This document shows, in pieces, positions 22,203 to 32,322 of a stretch of DNA of 64,000 bases. The stretch comes from Bacteriovoracia bacterium (GTDB lineage Bacteria > Bdellovibrionota > UBA1018 > CAIPTA01). A program made the translations under genes and the position numbers. Where the stretch lies: contig JBFWVL010000001.1 of the NCBI GenBank assembly GCA_050246755.1, positions 1,376,001 through 1,440,000 of the forward strand. Direction: 5' to 3'. The notes under the pieces are model-generated. The model was given only the letters and a program-made list of their open reading frames with translations, made no database searches and was not told where the DNA came from. Position 1 is the first letter of the stretch; each line of letters opens with the position of its first letter.

Positions 22203-24365
22203 TTACATCAGGGAAACTGGATCAACGTCAACCTGCACACCGGCCCGCCGGTCGAGCTTGATGATAGCGGGCACCAGCACGGATTTTAGCAATGCGTGTA
22301 GCATTCCGGCTTGGGGAGCCTTCACGAGGAGGCTCCAGCGGTGCCGATTCTGTACCTTTGCCAGCACCGCGGGTGCAGGCCCCAGGATCTCTAAACCGGA
22401 GCGCGCAGCTCCACGGTGGAGGAGGGCACCGAGCATTTCGGCGGTGGATTCCGCCAAGGAAGCGCTGGTGGAGGAAACGATAATGCGCGCCAGGCGCGTA
22501 AATGGAGGGTATTGAAAAGCGTGGCGTTGACGCAGCTCTTCTTCCGCGAAGCTGCGAAAATCATGCGTGGTGGCGTGTACGATACTGGGATGATTGGGAT
22601 TGTAGGTTTGCAGAAATACGCGGCCCGGCCGGGAACCGCGTCCCGCTCTGCCGGCCATTTGGGTAAAAAGCTGAAAGCTTTTTTCTGCCGCGCGGAAGTC
22701 GGGAAGGTGGAAACTGGAATCCGCGTTCACCACTCCCACCAAAGCAATGTCGGGAAAATCATGGCCCTTGGCGATGATCTGGGTGCCGATCACGATCTGT
22801 ACTTCTTTTTTAGCGATCGATTCCAGCGCGCGCTCGAGCATGCCTTTTCTTTCCATGCTTTCACGATCGATGCGCAGGATCGCGGCGTCGGGAAATATCC
22901 GGCGCACATCCTCTTCGAGAGATTCCGTTCCCAGCGTTCCGGGCATTAGCTCGGCATGATTGCACTTGGCGCAAGCCGCGGGAATCTCCTCGGCATGCCC
23001 GCAATAATGGCATTTTAGCAGCGAAGAATTTTTGTAGTTCGTGAGCGAGACGCTGCAGTTCGGGCATTCGGGCACGAAGCCACAAGACTTGCAAAGCAAG
23101 AACGAAGAAAAGCCGCGTCGATTTAGCAGCAACATCACTTGTCCGCCGTTGTCGATCGTTTCCCGGATCGCGAAACGTAACGGCGGGGTGATCGTTTCTT
23201 CGGAGCTGTACTTGGATTGATCGACCACCTCCACCGAGGGCATTTGCTGGCCGCGGGTTCGTTTCGGGAGGCGCAGGTGCCGATAGCGGCCTACGTTCGC
23301 GTTGTGAAACGTTTCGAGAGATGGCGTGGCGCTGCCTAAGATTACGGGACAGCCGGAAAATTTCGCGCGCATTACGGCCAAATCGCGGCCGCTGTAGCGC
23401 AAGTGGTCTTCTTGTTTCAGGGCCGAATCGTGTTCTTCGTCCACGATCACGAGGCCCAAATTTTTGATTGGCGCGAGCGAAGCCGAACGGGCTCCGATGC
23501 AAACGCGATAGGCACCCTTATTCAACAAGTGCCAGGCACGGCTGCGTTCTCCGTCGGAAATTCCCGAGTGAAGCAGCGCGATTCTCTCGCCGAGCCGGGC
23601 GCGGAAGCGCGCGACGAGCTGGGGAGTCAGGGAGATTTCCGGCACCACCACGAGCACCGATTGGTTTTTCTGCAGTGCCAGCTCGGCGGCGTGAAGGTAG
23701 ACTTCCGTTTTTCCGCTTCCCGTTACTCCCTCGAGCAGAAAACATTCGAATTTTTTCGCTTCGATTGCGCGCCCGATCGCGTCCATGGCCTCCGCCTGGT
23801 GGTCGGTGAGTGTGGGGGCCTGCGAGGTGATGGCAGCGGCATCGGGAATAGTATCATCGGCCACCGAATACTTTTCCAGCCAGCCCGATTCCACCAATCG
23901 TTTGGCGGCGTCTCGCCGCTCAGGATCCAAAGCCACGGCCTCCCGCAAGCCGATGAATTCGAGTACTTCTTTTTGTTTCTTTCCTTTCACCGTTTCCCCG
24001 GAATCGCGGCGGAATTTTCCCTCGGCGGTGAGGCGGAAAACGAAACGCTTCTTCGGGGAAGGATCGGGCGGCAAGAAAGTGCGCAGGACTTCCCCTAACG
24101 GATAATGGTAGTAATCCGCTGCCCATTCGAGGTATTGAAGCGTGCCCGAATCGAGTACGGGGAAGTCTTCCGACGCTCCTTCCACGCTGCGAATTTCGTA
24201 GGCCGCGGGCTGGGGCAGCGTGGCCGCTAGCTTGGTGACCACTCCATCCATGAGTTTTTTCCGCACCCGCACTTTCACCGGATCGCCTACCGCCAGCTTC
24301 AACCCTGCGGGAACTTTATAGGTGAGCGCGGGCAATGGCAGCGGCAGTGCGACGAAGGCAAACAT
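22203..24365 (-). CDS. priA: Primosomal protein N'
   Basis: GVTGSGKTEVY, VDEEHD, LNRRG, four CxxC motifs, QMAGRAGR. Confidence 0.98.
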   Translation of the reverse strand: MFAFVALPLPLPALTYKVPAGLKLAVGDPVKVRVRKKLMDGVVTKLAATLPQPAAYEIRSVEGASEDFPVLDSGTLQYLEWAADYYHYPLGEVLRTFLPPDPSPKKRFVFRLTAEGKFRRDSGETVKGKKQKEVLEFIGLREAVALDPERRDAAKRLVESGWLEKYSVADDTIPDAAAITSQAPTLTDHQAEAMDAIGRAIEAKKFECFLLEGVTGSGKTEVYLHAAELALQKNQSVLVVVPEISLTPQLVARFRARLGERIALLHSGISDGERSRAWHLLNKGAYRVCIGARSASLAPIKNLGLVIVDEEHDSALKQEDHLRYSGRDLAVMRAKFSGCPVILGSATPSLETFHNANVGRYRHLRLPKRTRGQQMPSVEVVDQSKYSSEETITPPLRFAIRETIDNGGQVMLLLNRRGFSSFLLCKSCGFVPECPNCSVSLTNYKNSSLLKCHYCGHAEEIPAACAKCNHAELMPGTLGTESLEEDVRRIFPDAAILRIDRESMERKGMLERALESIAKKEVQIVIGTQIIAKGHDFPDIALVGVVNADSSFHLPDFRAAEKSFQLFTQMAGRAGRGSRPGRVFLQTYNPNHPSIVHATTHDFRSFAEEELRQRHAFQYPPFTRLARIIVSSTSASLAESTAEMLGALLHRGAARSGLEILGPAPAVLAKVQNRHRWSLLVKAPQAGMLHALLKSVLVPAIIKLDRRAGVQVDVDPVSLM

Positions 24366-25111
24366 TAGTGAAATAGAACGGCCGCGAGTGCCTTGATCTC
24401 TTCTGGATATTTAGCGTCGGAGCTCACTACGGGAGCGCCGGTGGTGGCGGCCGAAAGGCGGTCGAAAGAGAAATACATTACCGGTACTCCATCTTTCAGG
24501 AGCGTGATGCGGGCGCCGGTCGTATTCCCGCGGCGTACTGGGTAGACATTACGAAATTCCACGGCGCATCGGTTCTCTCCCGACTTCGTCCACGAGAGCT
24601 CTACCTTGGGGCAGGGGCCTTCGATGTGCAGGGGGAGGAAAGTATCTTTTTCAATCCAGATCGAGCGAGATCCTTCTTTGTCGGAGTGAACCCACGCGTA
24701 GGTTTTGTGGAAGCGCTTCATCGATACGGTGGGATCGGCTTTATAGAAAGGACGAGGAGCTTCCTTCATCGCCGCCGCTTGATCGCGGGAAGCGCGCAGT
24801 AAATCTACTTCGCGGGGAATCGTGAGGCCGAAGCCGCGAACCGCATCGGTGAGAGGTGCTTCTTCGCTTTGAAAAAGCAGCGAAAGGGTGGGCCAAGACC
24901 CGGCACCCGCAACCAAACCGGGAAGAGTGAGATTTCCTATCACCTCTTCGCCGCCGGTGGGCAAAGGGCGGGACACCGTGAAGGTCGCCCCGGGAACTAC
25001 GCCTTTGCCGCGATGGGCGGCGGTTTCGGCATAGATGAAAAAAGCTGGCGGCAAATAAGCCGAAGCCGAAACAGGAAGCAATAAAAGAAAGCCGAGAACC
25101 AAGTGTTTCAT
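24365..25111 (-). CDS. Secreted hypothetical protein (possibly LolA-like fold)
   Basis: Signal peptide ending ASA; SIWIEKDTFLP motif; overlaps both galU and priA. Confidence 0.6.
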   Translation of the reverse strand: MKHLVLGFLLLLPVSASAYLPPAFFIYAETAAHRGKGVVPGATFTVSRPLPTGGEEVIGNLTLPGLVAGAGSWPTLSLLFQSEEAPLTDAVRGFGLTIPREVDLLRASRDQAAAMKEAPRPFYKADPTVSMKRFHKTYAWVHSDKEGSRSIWIEKDTFLPLHIEGPCPKVELSWTKSGENRCAVEFRNVYPVRRGNTTGARITLLKDGVPVMYFSFDRLSAATTGAPVVSSDAKYPEEIKALAAVLFH

Positions 25112-25935
25112 TGGGCGTGTTCCTTCGCTAAGCGCTGGATCAGCTTAATCGCGCGCTCCCGGATTTCCGGCCGCTTCATGGCGTAGTGCAAATTAGCCTC
25201 CAGATAGCCGAACTTATCTCCGGCATCGAAGCGCTGGCCCTCGAATTGGTAGGCGTACATTTTTCTTTTTTGGGCGAGCGCTTGGAGCGAATCGGTAAGC
25301 TGGATTTCTCCGCCCACGGTTACGTTGCCTTGTTCAAGAAAATCAAAAATGTCCGGCGTGAGAATATAACGGCCGGGGATGGCCAAGCGGGAGGGAGGGT
25401 TGGACTTTGGTTTTTCTACGAGAGTGTCGAGCAGCATCGTGCGGTCGGCGATCTCGTTGCCGCTCACGATGCCGTATTTTGAGGTATCTTCCTGCGAAAC
25501 TTCCATCACGCCCACTACGGGCGATCCGTTATATTTTTTGAAAACACCCACGAGCTGCTTGGTCACCGAAACTTCGGAGTCGATCACGTCGTCGCCGAGC
25601 AAAACAGCGAAGGGCTCGTTGCCCACGATCGGTTTTGCGCAAAGAATGGCGTGCCCCAGGCCACGTGGCGCGCCTTGGCGCACGGAAATAATATCGATCT
25701 TGCGAAGGAGCTCATCCTCCTGGTGATCGGTATCGAAATAATCTTCCAGGCTCGTTTTACCTTTGCTCGTGATCAAAACGATGCGCTGAATTCCCGCGCG
25801 GGCCGCCTCCAAAACAATATGGTGAAGGATCGGCGTGTCTACCAAAGGAAGAAGTTCTTTGGCCACAACTTTGGTAACGGGATGGAATCGTGTGCCGCGC
25901 CCGGCGACTGGAATCACTGCGGTTTTAATTTCCAT
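25108..25935 (-). CDS. galU: UTP-glucose-1-phosphate uridylyltransferase
   Basis: AVIPVAGRGTRF, KELLP, RQGAPRGLGHA, LVEKP, GEIQLTD. Confidence 0.96.
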   Translation of the reverse strand: MEIKTAVIPVAGRGTRFHPVTKVVAKELLPLVDTPILHHIVLEAARAGIQRIVLITSKGKTSLEDYFDTDHQEDELLRKIDIISVRQGAPRGLGHAILCAKPIVGNEPFAVLLGDDVIDSEVSVTKQLVGVFKKYNGSPVVGVMEVSQEDTSKYGIVSGNEIADRTMLLDTLVEKPKSNPPSRLAIPGRYILTPDIFDFLEQGNVTVGGEIQLTDSLQALAQKRKMYAYQFEGQRFDAGDKFGYLEANLHYAMKRPEIRERAIKLIQRLAKEHAQ

Positions 25936-25976
25936 AATCTTCCTTTTGCTTACTATAGCATGGTATTACGAAGGTA

Positions 25977-26828
25977 ATGACGCGCAACGTTTTTATCCTG
26001 TTGGCTCTCGCCGCCCTCCATGCCGATCTTTGCTTTGCTACTGCAGATTCCGCCCTCCTGCAAGGACTGGGTGGCGCGGGACGCGCGGGTATTCCCAAGG
26101 AATCTCTCTTTTCCAATCCGGCCGGGGCGGCTTTCTTGACTGACTCTTCCGGTTTTGTGAATTACGTGAAGCCCAAAATTCCAGATTTCAATGCGGGTGG
26201 CCGCGGCTATTCGGTAGGTATCTATGATGGCCAGCAGGGAGACTGGAAGGGCGCCTTTGGTTACACGCGCTCTTCACGCGCCGTATTGCAAAACAGCCAG
26301 CAAGCTTACGAAGACCGTTCCGATATGCGTTTTATTTTGGCTCGGCAGCTCGGCGGTTCGCTCGTGGGCGGGGGGCAAGTGCGCTACGTAAAAACCAGAG
26401 CCGGCGCCAATGAAGAGAAATTCGTTCAGGGAGACCTCGGAACTATTTTCCAGCTCTCAGGTGACATGCGCGTGGGCATTACCTACGAAAATATTTTAAA
26501 GCAGCGTCCCGGAGAGATACCTCCCACCCTCGGTGGCGGCGTGCAGTATGCGCTAGGCTTTGGCATCGAAGCGTTCGCGGATGGTACCCGTCAGATGTCT
26601 GGCCCCCAAAAGGGCGACAAGGGTTGGGCCGCGGGCGCACAGGCTCCGCTCGCCGCGGGCTTCGTGGCAAGAGCCGGAAAATTTCAAGAGGGCGTGCGCC
26701 GGCTGAAGGGATGGTCGCTCGGTTTAGGGTGGGTCGGTCCTCGAACTACTTTCGATTATAGCCTTCGTACCGCCGGAACCAAAAATCGCGAGCGGGATCA
26801 TCTTTTTGGGATGAACGTTTCGTTCTAG
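25977..26828 (+). CDS. Outer-membrane beta-barrel protein (FadL/PorV-like)
   Basis: Signal peptide; GLGGAG...LFSNPAG hatch motif; amphipathic strands; terminal Phe. Confidence 0.65.
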   Translation: MTRNVFILLALAALHADLCFATADSALLQGLGGAGRAGIPKESLFSNPAGAAFLTDSSGFVNYVKPKIPDFNAGGRGYSVGIYDGQQGDWKGAFGYTRSSRAVLQNSQQAYEDRSDMRFILARQLGGSLVGGGQVRYVKTRAGANEEKFVQGDLGTIFQLSGDMRVGITYENILKQRPGEIPPTLGGGVQYALGFGIEAFADGTRQMSGPQKGDKGWAAGAQAPLAAGFVARAGKFQEGVRRLKGWSLGLGWVGPRTTFDYSLRTAGTKNRERDHLFGMNVSF

Positions 26829-27403
26829 AAGCGGCGCTCTTGGCCTTCGAGCAAGGCCTTCAAATTCGTTTCGTGACGTCGCACCACGATCCATGAGCAA
26901 AGCAGTGCCACGGAAAGCAGAGCGGAATCGCCGTTCGTGCCGAGCAGCGTAGCGAGCAATAGAGCGAGCGCGGCCATCGCCGCCAATGAAGTGATGCGAA
27001 AACAGTAAAAGCAAATTCCCCAGGCCACGAACGCCGCCAGCATCGGAACCGGCGCGATGGGAAAAAGCGCGCCGGCCGCCGTGGCCACGCCTTTGCCACC
27101 TTCAAAAAAAAGAAAGATCGAATAGCAGTGCCCCAGCACCGCGAAGAGCGCGCAGAGATAAGCCGCGGAAGGATTTCCGGGAAACAGAAAGCACGCGGCC
27201 ACAACCGGCAAGAAGCCCTTTAAAAAATCCAGGAAGAAGGTAATCACGCCCACGCGCTTGCCCCCAAGCCGGGCCAGATTCGAGGCGCCGATATTTCCGC
27301 TACCGCTATGGCGTGGATCGCCGAGGCCCAACGATTTCGCCACGAGAATGCCGCTAGGAATGGAACCGAGAAGATAAGCGAGAAGAGTAAGCGCCCAGGG
27401 CAT
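26825..27403 (-). CDS. plsY: Glycerol-3-phosphate acyltransferase
   Basis: AYLLGSIP, GSGNIGASN, DFLKG, GH..SIF..F.GGKGVAT, RHETN. Confidence 0.97.
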   Translation of the reverse strand: MPWALTLLAYLLGSIPSGILVAKSLGLGDPRHSGSGNIGASNLARLGGKRVGVITFFLDFLKGFLPVVAACFLFPGNPSAAYLCALFAVLGHCYSIFLFFEGGKGVATAAGALFPIAPVPMLAAFVAWGICFYCFRITSLAAMAALALLLATLLGTNGDSALLSVALLCSWIVVRRHETNLKALLEGQERRF

Positions 27404-27997
27404 CTAGAAGGGTTTACCGCGGTTGATGGAAAGCGGGACTTGCGTGAACACCACGCTTCCGCCGAAAGCCGTGGCCCCTACGGAGGCGCCCACCGTTTGT
27501 ACGATGGAAGATTCGGTGAAGCTAAGGATCAATCCGCTCGCGACCACGAATCCGGGGTTGGCGGGATTGGTGTCGGTTACCGTGATGGATCCACGGCAAA
27601 ACAATTGTTGTTGGCCGGCGGTGAGGGCTGGAAAGGTCGGGTAGTCGAAGTCATACTTTTTGCTTTGCGTGCTGAGAATATTTTGGCTTGAAAGAATGAT
27701 AGGGCTAGTGCCGCTGAAACCAGTGGTGGGGACGGCTACGGCATCACCGGCCATGGCCGCAACGCTGCTTTCGGCGCTGGCGTATATGGACATTGTGATA
27801 TCTTGCGACTGGCCGGATGGATTATTGATCACCACTGTACAGCGGGAAGTGGTCGCGCTTGAAAAGCCGTGCACGCTCGTATTTACGGCGGTCTGGTCGA
27901 AATACACGGTGCGAGTGGCGGAGAAACCGCTAAGCGGGAATAAAGCACCATAGAGAAGCGCGATCAAAAAGCGGTTACTACTGGAAAACTTTTTCAT
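27404..27997 (-). CDS. Secreted beta-rich hypothetical protein, paralog A (ends GKPF)
   Basis: Signal peptide; two Cys, C.GSITV and PGF shared with the neighbour. Confidence 0.75.
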   Translation of the reverse strand: MKKFSSSNRFLIALLYGALFPLSGFSATRTVYFDQTAVNTSVHGFSSATTSRCTVVINNPSGQSQDITMSIYASAESSVAAMAGDAVAVPTTGFSGTSPIILSSQNILSTQSKKYDFDYPTFPALTAGQQQLFCRGSITVTDTNPANPGFVVASGLILSFTESSIVQTVGASVGATAFGGSVVFTQVPLSINRGKPF

Positions 27998-28046
27998 GCG
28001 CCCCCCTTTTCTTACGTAATTCTAACAAAGCCCTGGGGAAAAGGCG

Positions 28047-28697
28047 TTAAAAAGGCCGGCCTTCGCCAATATAGAATGGCGTAGTGGTAAGTGTAGTGCC
28101 CGCTTTCATTTCCATTGTGGAGCCAACCAGCCGAACGGCGCGCGAAGACTGCATCCAGGTGATGATCACTCCGTTTGCGGTTAAAAATCCGGGACCGCCC
28201 GTACCGTCATCCACGGTGATTGAGCCTTGGCAGCGGACTTCCTGCCGGGAAAGTGTGCGGGGTTCAAGCGCGGGAAATTTCCAGGCCCATACTACCTTGT
28301 CTCCCCCCGCGAGTGTGCCGGAGAGACTAGGGCCCGTTATCGCGCCATTTTTCGTACCTGCGGCGGCGAAGGCAACCACGGCAGGAGTGGCCGCCACCGG
28401 ATCAACGGGCGGGTTAGGGTCTGGAACAGCGGAGGCTTCAGCGGTGCCAGTAAAAGTAACGGTATAGGTTTGCTCGGTGGTTCCGCTATTGCTTAGAGTC
28501 ACAATGCACTGGGAAACAAAGGCCCCGGAAAAACCGTACTCGTCGTAGTTAAAGGTTTCATTTTTTCCGAACACATCGAAGAAAACCACCCGGGAAGCGA
28601 AGGCGGAATTGGGCGCTAGCCAAATAATGGCAGCCAATACAACGGCGGCCCATTGAAGTCCCTTGGGCTTGGTGAAGAAAAAAGATAGCGAAGTCAT
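28047..28697 (-). CDS. Secreted beta-rich hypothetical protein, paralog B (ends GRPF)
   Basis: Signal peptide ending AFA; same motifs as paralog A. Confidence 0.75.
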   Translation of the reverse strand: MTSLSFFFTKPKGLQWAAVVLAAIIWLAPNSAFASRVVFFDVFGKNETFNYDEYGFSGAFVSQCIVTLSNSGTTEQTYTVTFTGTAEASAVPDPNPPVDPVAATPAVVAFAAAGTKNGAITGPSLSGTLAGGDKVVWAWKFPALEPRTLSRQEVRCQGSITVDDGTGGPGFLTANGVIITWMQSSRAVRLVGSTMEMKAGTTLTTTPFYIGEGRPF

Positions 28698-28705
28698 AAT
28701 ATTAC

Positions 28706-28733
28706 CTATCGGCCAGAAATCGCCAAAACCTTA
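28706..28733 (-). promoter_or_regulatory. Sigma28 (FliA)-like promoter
   Basis: Minus strand TAAGGTTT-N12-GCCGATAG versus consensus TAAAGTTT-N11-GCCGATAA, ending 8 nt before the ATG at 28697. Confidence 0.5.
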
Positions 28734-28784
28734 GTCAATTAGTCAATTATAGCACGAATTTTCATGGAAAATAACCAAGTAAAA

Positions 28785-30335
28785 TTAATTACTTATACCT
28801 TCCACCTGAACGGGCAACTCCCTGACGGGACGAGTCATCGTATCATCACCGGAATTGAATAGGCTTACGCAGCTCGACCATTCCGGCCTCAAAGGGGAAA
28901 CCCCCGGTGGGCAGGTATTGTCGAAATAGAACAGACTCGGCATGACCGAGCCCGAAAGAGGGGGGAAGGTGGGCGCCAAAAAAATTCCTCGAATACGGGG
29001 GCGCGTACTGGGTACCTCAAAGCTAGAGTCACCGGCTACTGCGGGGTCAGTCGACGTATCTAATAGACGAACGTCTCCGGCGGCGTTGGCCCCGGTATTA
29101 AAAAATCCATAAACCTTATCGTTATTCATGGTGAGATCGCCAAAATCCACAGTGATATTTTCGATATTGCTATCAACGCGCCAGGTGCGCACGTTGGCGG
29201 GGGATATACTACAATCCGGAATTTTTTCTAGATCAACCGTTCCAGTGGCCGGCGGAAGGCGATTCATGGTCACGGCGCCGTCAGAACAGCTACGGTACTG
29301 CTTTAGTTCCCCGGGTCGCAGTATATAGGCGCTATTATTCTCCGGGCTGATGGCGAAAGAACGAATATTCGCCAGAACGCGATCGCTGATTGTGCCGCCG
29401 CTAGGGACCAACGACCAAAGACTGCGAAAATGCGCTTCCATGGCCTCCAGTGAGGACTGTGGCGCACCGTTGGCAAACGCTAGGGTGGCTTGGTAGTTAC
29501 GGATTTTCCCGTCGAGCCCTAGGTAATAACGAAAGGGTAAGCGTGGTGGATAAATAATTTGTGTTGCCGAGCAGATCAGGCGCGGGTTTGGCACGTATCT
29601 GCTGCCCACTAATTTATCGTCAAACTGTCCCCATTTGTTCGGTATGTTTGGATCGTGAGGGGGCGGGGGCATTCGGCCGCCCTGGCTGACGAGGGGGCGC
29701 ACGCGGATCATGCCGGTAACCGTTACCTCAAGCGCATCGCCCAAACGAAAAAATTGGTAGTCGTGAGGAGTCGTTTTCGTGCCCTCGTTCGGACATTGCC
29801 GAAACGGCTGCTCCCCTACTTTTACCCGCGGATTATAGTGCCGAATATTGGTATAGAGCTGAAATCCTTGCAGCCGCGCGGGTACGTCGGGGGTAAGGGG
29901 ATTGTCGTCGGCGCCTGCAATAGCGGGCACAACTTTATTCGTATTGATGCGCTCACGGAAGCCAGGATGCTCGGGTTTCACGTCGACCTGGCAGAAGTTA
30001 AAGCTAACTCCATCCATCGTTTCGGTCCCGTCGGAATAATCGTAAAATCTTCTCTTGGTATATTCGAAGCCAGAGGGGACGTAGCCACTCGCGGTAGGAT
30101 CGATATTGATGGCGCCAGTGGCGCCCACGCCGTTCACGTATTCCTGAAGTTTCGCGCGCACGATGGCGGTGCACTGAGTGCGGAAGCTTTGCAGTTTTAG
30201 CGCATCGGTCAGAGAAATAAACGCGGGAAGAAGCGCGAGCGCAATGAAGCCCAGCAGGACGCTCGCCACTAAAATCTCGATGATCGAAAAACCGCGTTCG
30301 TCTAAGCGTTTGCGGTTTGGTCCCACTTCTCCCAT
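28785..30335 (-). CDS. Large type IV pilin/pseudopilin-like protein
   Basis: Class III signal ERG|FSIIEILVASVLLG; 516 aa; beta-rich, Cys-containing C-terminus. Confidence 0.8.
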   Translation of the reverse strand: MGEVGPNRKRLDERGFSIIEILVASVLLGFIALALLPAFISLTDALKLQSFRTQCTAIVRAKLQEYVNGVGATGAINIDPTASGYVPSGFEYTKRRFYDYSDGTETMDGVSFNFCQVDVKPEHPGFRERINTNKVVPAIAGADDNPLTPDVPARLQGFQLYTNIRHYNPRVKVGEQPFRQCPNEGTKTTPHDYQFFRLGDALEVTVTGMIRVRPLVSQGGRMPPPPHDPNIPNKWGQFDDKLVGSRYVPNPRLICSATQIIYPPRLPFRYYLGLDGKIRNYQATLAFANGAPQSSLEAMEAHFRSLWSLVPSGGTISDRVLANIRSFAISPENNSAYILRPGELKQYRSCSDGAVTMNRLPPATGTVDLEKIPDCSISPANVRTWRVDSNIENITVDFGDLTMNNDKVYGFFNTGANAAGDVRLLDTSTDPAVAGDSSFEVPSTRPRIRGIFLAPTFPPLSGSVMPSLFYFDNTCPPGVSPLRPEWSSCVSLFNSGDDTMTRPVRELPVQVEGISN

Positions 30336-30381
30336 TTATATATTTTACCCAACCCGGCTAAAGCGTGCTAGCTTAGAAACG

Positions 30382-31107
30382 ATGTCTATCGACATGAACA
30401 CAAAGGGTTTTATTTCCACCCTGCCGTGGACTCTCCCGCTGCTAATCCTCTTGCCGTTTGCCCTGATCGTTTCCGATCTGAGGGGGCTGCGCTGGGTATG
30501 GGAAACCGGGTACGCGCCCTTCTGGGTGATGCTGGGATTATTGTTTATCCTGGCCGGATTTTCCTCTTTTCTGCTCTGGAAGCTCCAGGAACTCGGCGCC
30601 ACCCTTTATCGTGTGGGAATTTTTCTCGCCACCTGCCAGACTACTTACCTGGCAATGGCCGAGAGACGGCATTCGCTTTTGATTCTAGTATTCGCCCTGT
30701 TTACGGTAGCGGTTTTAATTTCTGAAAAAATGAAGAAAGTTTTGCGGCTTCCTTATTACGATTCTAAGCGGCGCTGGTGGGAGTCTTACCCGAAAGGAAT
30801 ACCCGGGCTTTCGGTGGAGCTTTCCGTGGAAAACGGAGATACTACCAAAGGCAGGCTAGCTAATTTCGGAGCGGAAGGCTGTTTTGTTTTTTCGGTTACG
30901 GGAGAAATTCCCTTTGCCCCGAGAATGGTGAAAATCTTTTCGGGTGAGGAAGCGTTGCTGGAAGCCGAAGTAGAGCCGGTGCTGCGCACGCGGGACGGGT
31001 TCGGCTGGGGGTTGCGTTTCGATCCGAGCGCGATCGAAGGCGACTGGAGCAAGGATTTGCAGGATTATTTGGGTTTTTTGAGGAGGTGTGGATATGACGT
31101 GGCGTAA
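30382..31107 (+). CDS. Membrane protein with C-terminal degenerate PilZ-like domain
   Basis: About four transmembrane helices, then RRWWE...GRLANFGAEGCF...GWGLRF; start re-called at ATG 30382. Confidence 0.6.
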   Translation: MSIDMNTKGFISTLPWTLPLLILLPFALIVSDLRGLRWVWETGYAPFWVMLGLLFILAGFSSFLLWKLQELGATLYRVGIFLATCQTTYLAMAERRHSLLILVFALFTVAVLISEKMKKVLRLPYYDSKRRWWESYPKGIPGLSVELSVENGDTTKGRLANFGAEGCFVFSVTGEIPFAPRMVKIFSGEEALLEAEVEPVLRTRDGFGWGLRFDPSAIEGDWSKDLQDYLGFLRRCGYDVA

Positions 31108-31603
31108 TTTGTTCGTAGTGGCAGTGGCAATCATGGCGTTAAGCGGCTGCACGCGGAAAGCGGCTTTGCCAAATACTCCGGAAGGCACTCTCGAAAAATA
31201 CGTTTCGGCGGCATTCGAAGTGCGAGGGATCGAAGACCGGAAGCACCTAATGGATTTGAGCTCGGGAGACGCCTACGCGCACCTTGAAAAAATGACCGAC
31301 GAAGAGTTCAAAAAGCAGTTTATCGAAACGAAATTGAAATTCATCGGCTTGAAAGCTAAAGACCTGCGCGAAGAAACGGGCGGAGACGTTAGCTTGGTAT
31401 ACGAGCTTACGTATCAGGACGGAAACGGAACCGTGCCGCCCACCCGCCACACGAATAAAAAAATCGCCTATTTGGGCCGCGCCGAGAATGGTGACTGGAA
31501 AATCAAGGCGACTAAGAACATCAAAACTTTCTTGGAAAGAAAAGAAGACTTAGTGATTACGCCGGAAACGACGCATAAAGATGAAGCCGCCGAGCAGAAA
31601 TAG
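31094..31603 (+). CDS. Lipoprotein of unknown function
   Basis: AGGAGG RBS, lipobox LSGC, TPEGTLEKYV...GDWKI pattern reminiscent of NTF2-like folds. Confidence 0.7.
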   Translation: MTWRNLFVVAVAIMALSGCTRKAALPNTPEGTLEKYVSAAFEVRGIEDRKHLMDLSSGDAYAHLEKMTDEEFKKQFIETKLKFIGLKAKDLREETGGDVSLVYELTYQDGNGTVPPTRHTNKKIAYLGRAENGDWKIKATKNIKTFLERKEDLVITPETTHKDEAAEQK

Positions 31604-32320
31604 GGCCGCGGCTATTCCCTGAGAAGTAGAGAACCAATTCCCAATCAAAAATCCGCGGATTCCATCGCCGCGAAATATTTCGATCACCGCACGGATCACG
31701 CTGTACGCCATCACGTAGAGCAGCGCCGTGCCACCGGGGCGTAACGCCCGCCGTTTGATTAAATAGACTAAAACCGCGGTTAATAGGAAGAGCGATACCG
31801 ATTCGTATAGTTGCGTGGGGTGAAGCGGAAGGCCGCGGAGCGCCGGATCCACGAGATCGGAATGCAGGTGCACGGCCCAGGGAAGTTCACAGTAGGAGCC
31901 GTAGCAGCAGCCCGCGGCGAGGCAGCCAATGCGGCCAAAGGCGTGGCCTAAGCTCAGCGCGGGTGCGAGGAGATCCAGACTTTCCGCGAAGGGGAGCTGC
32001 TTGCGACGGATGTAAATCGCGCAGGAAGCGAGGGCCAAAAGAAAGCCGCCGTAAAATACCAAACCGCCTTGCCAAAAATCGAAAATTTCTCCGGGGTAGC
32101 GGGAGAAATAGGGAATATTGGTGAGCACGAATAAAATGCGCCCGCCAATCACGCCCGTTACCAGCGCGAGAAACGCTAGGTCTAGAAATTTCGCCGGATC
32201 TAAGTTACGGAGCTTCGCTAGGCGGGAAAGGAGGAGAAGGGCGGCCACGTAACCGACGGCGATGAAAAAACCATAGGAATGAATCGGGGTTTCGCGAATA
32301 TGGAAGAGAACCGGAAACAT
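31550..32320 (-). CDS. lgt: Prolipoprotein diacylglyceryl transferase
   Basis: GGLVFYGG, GRIGC..AGCCYG, HPTQLYE, EIFRGD. Confidence 0.97.
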   Translation of the reverse strand: MFPVLFHIRETPIHSYGFFIAVGYVAALLLLSRLAKLRNLDPAKFLDLAFLALVTGVIGGRILFVLTNIPYFSRYPGEIFDFWQGGLVFYGGFLLALASCAIYIRRKQLPFAESLDLLAPALSLGHAFGRIGCLAAGCCYGSYCELPWAVHLHSDLVDPALRGLPLHPTQLYESVSLFLLTAVLVYLIKRRALRPGGTALLYVMAYSVIRAVIEIFRGDGIRGFLIGNWFSTSQGIAAALFLLGGFIFMRRFRRNH

Positions 32321-32322
32321 TC

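Noticed and set aside
31550-31603. Convergent 3' overlaps (lipoprotein/lgt 54 nt; PAP2/hutI 46 nt) as antisense regulation
   Set aside because: Short tail-to-tail overlaps are common in compact genomes; no further support.
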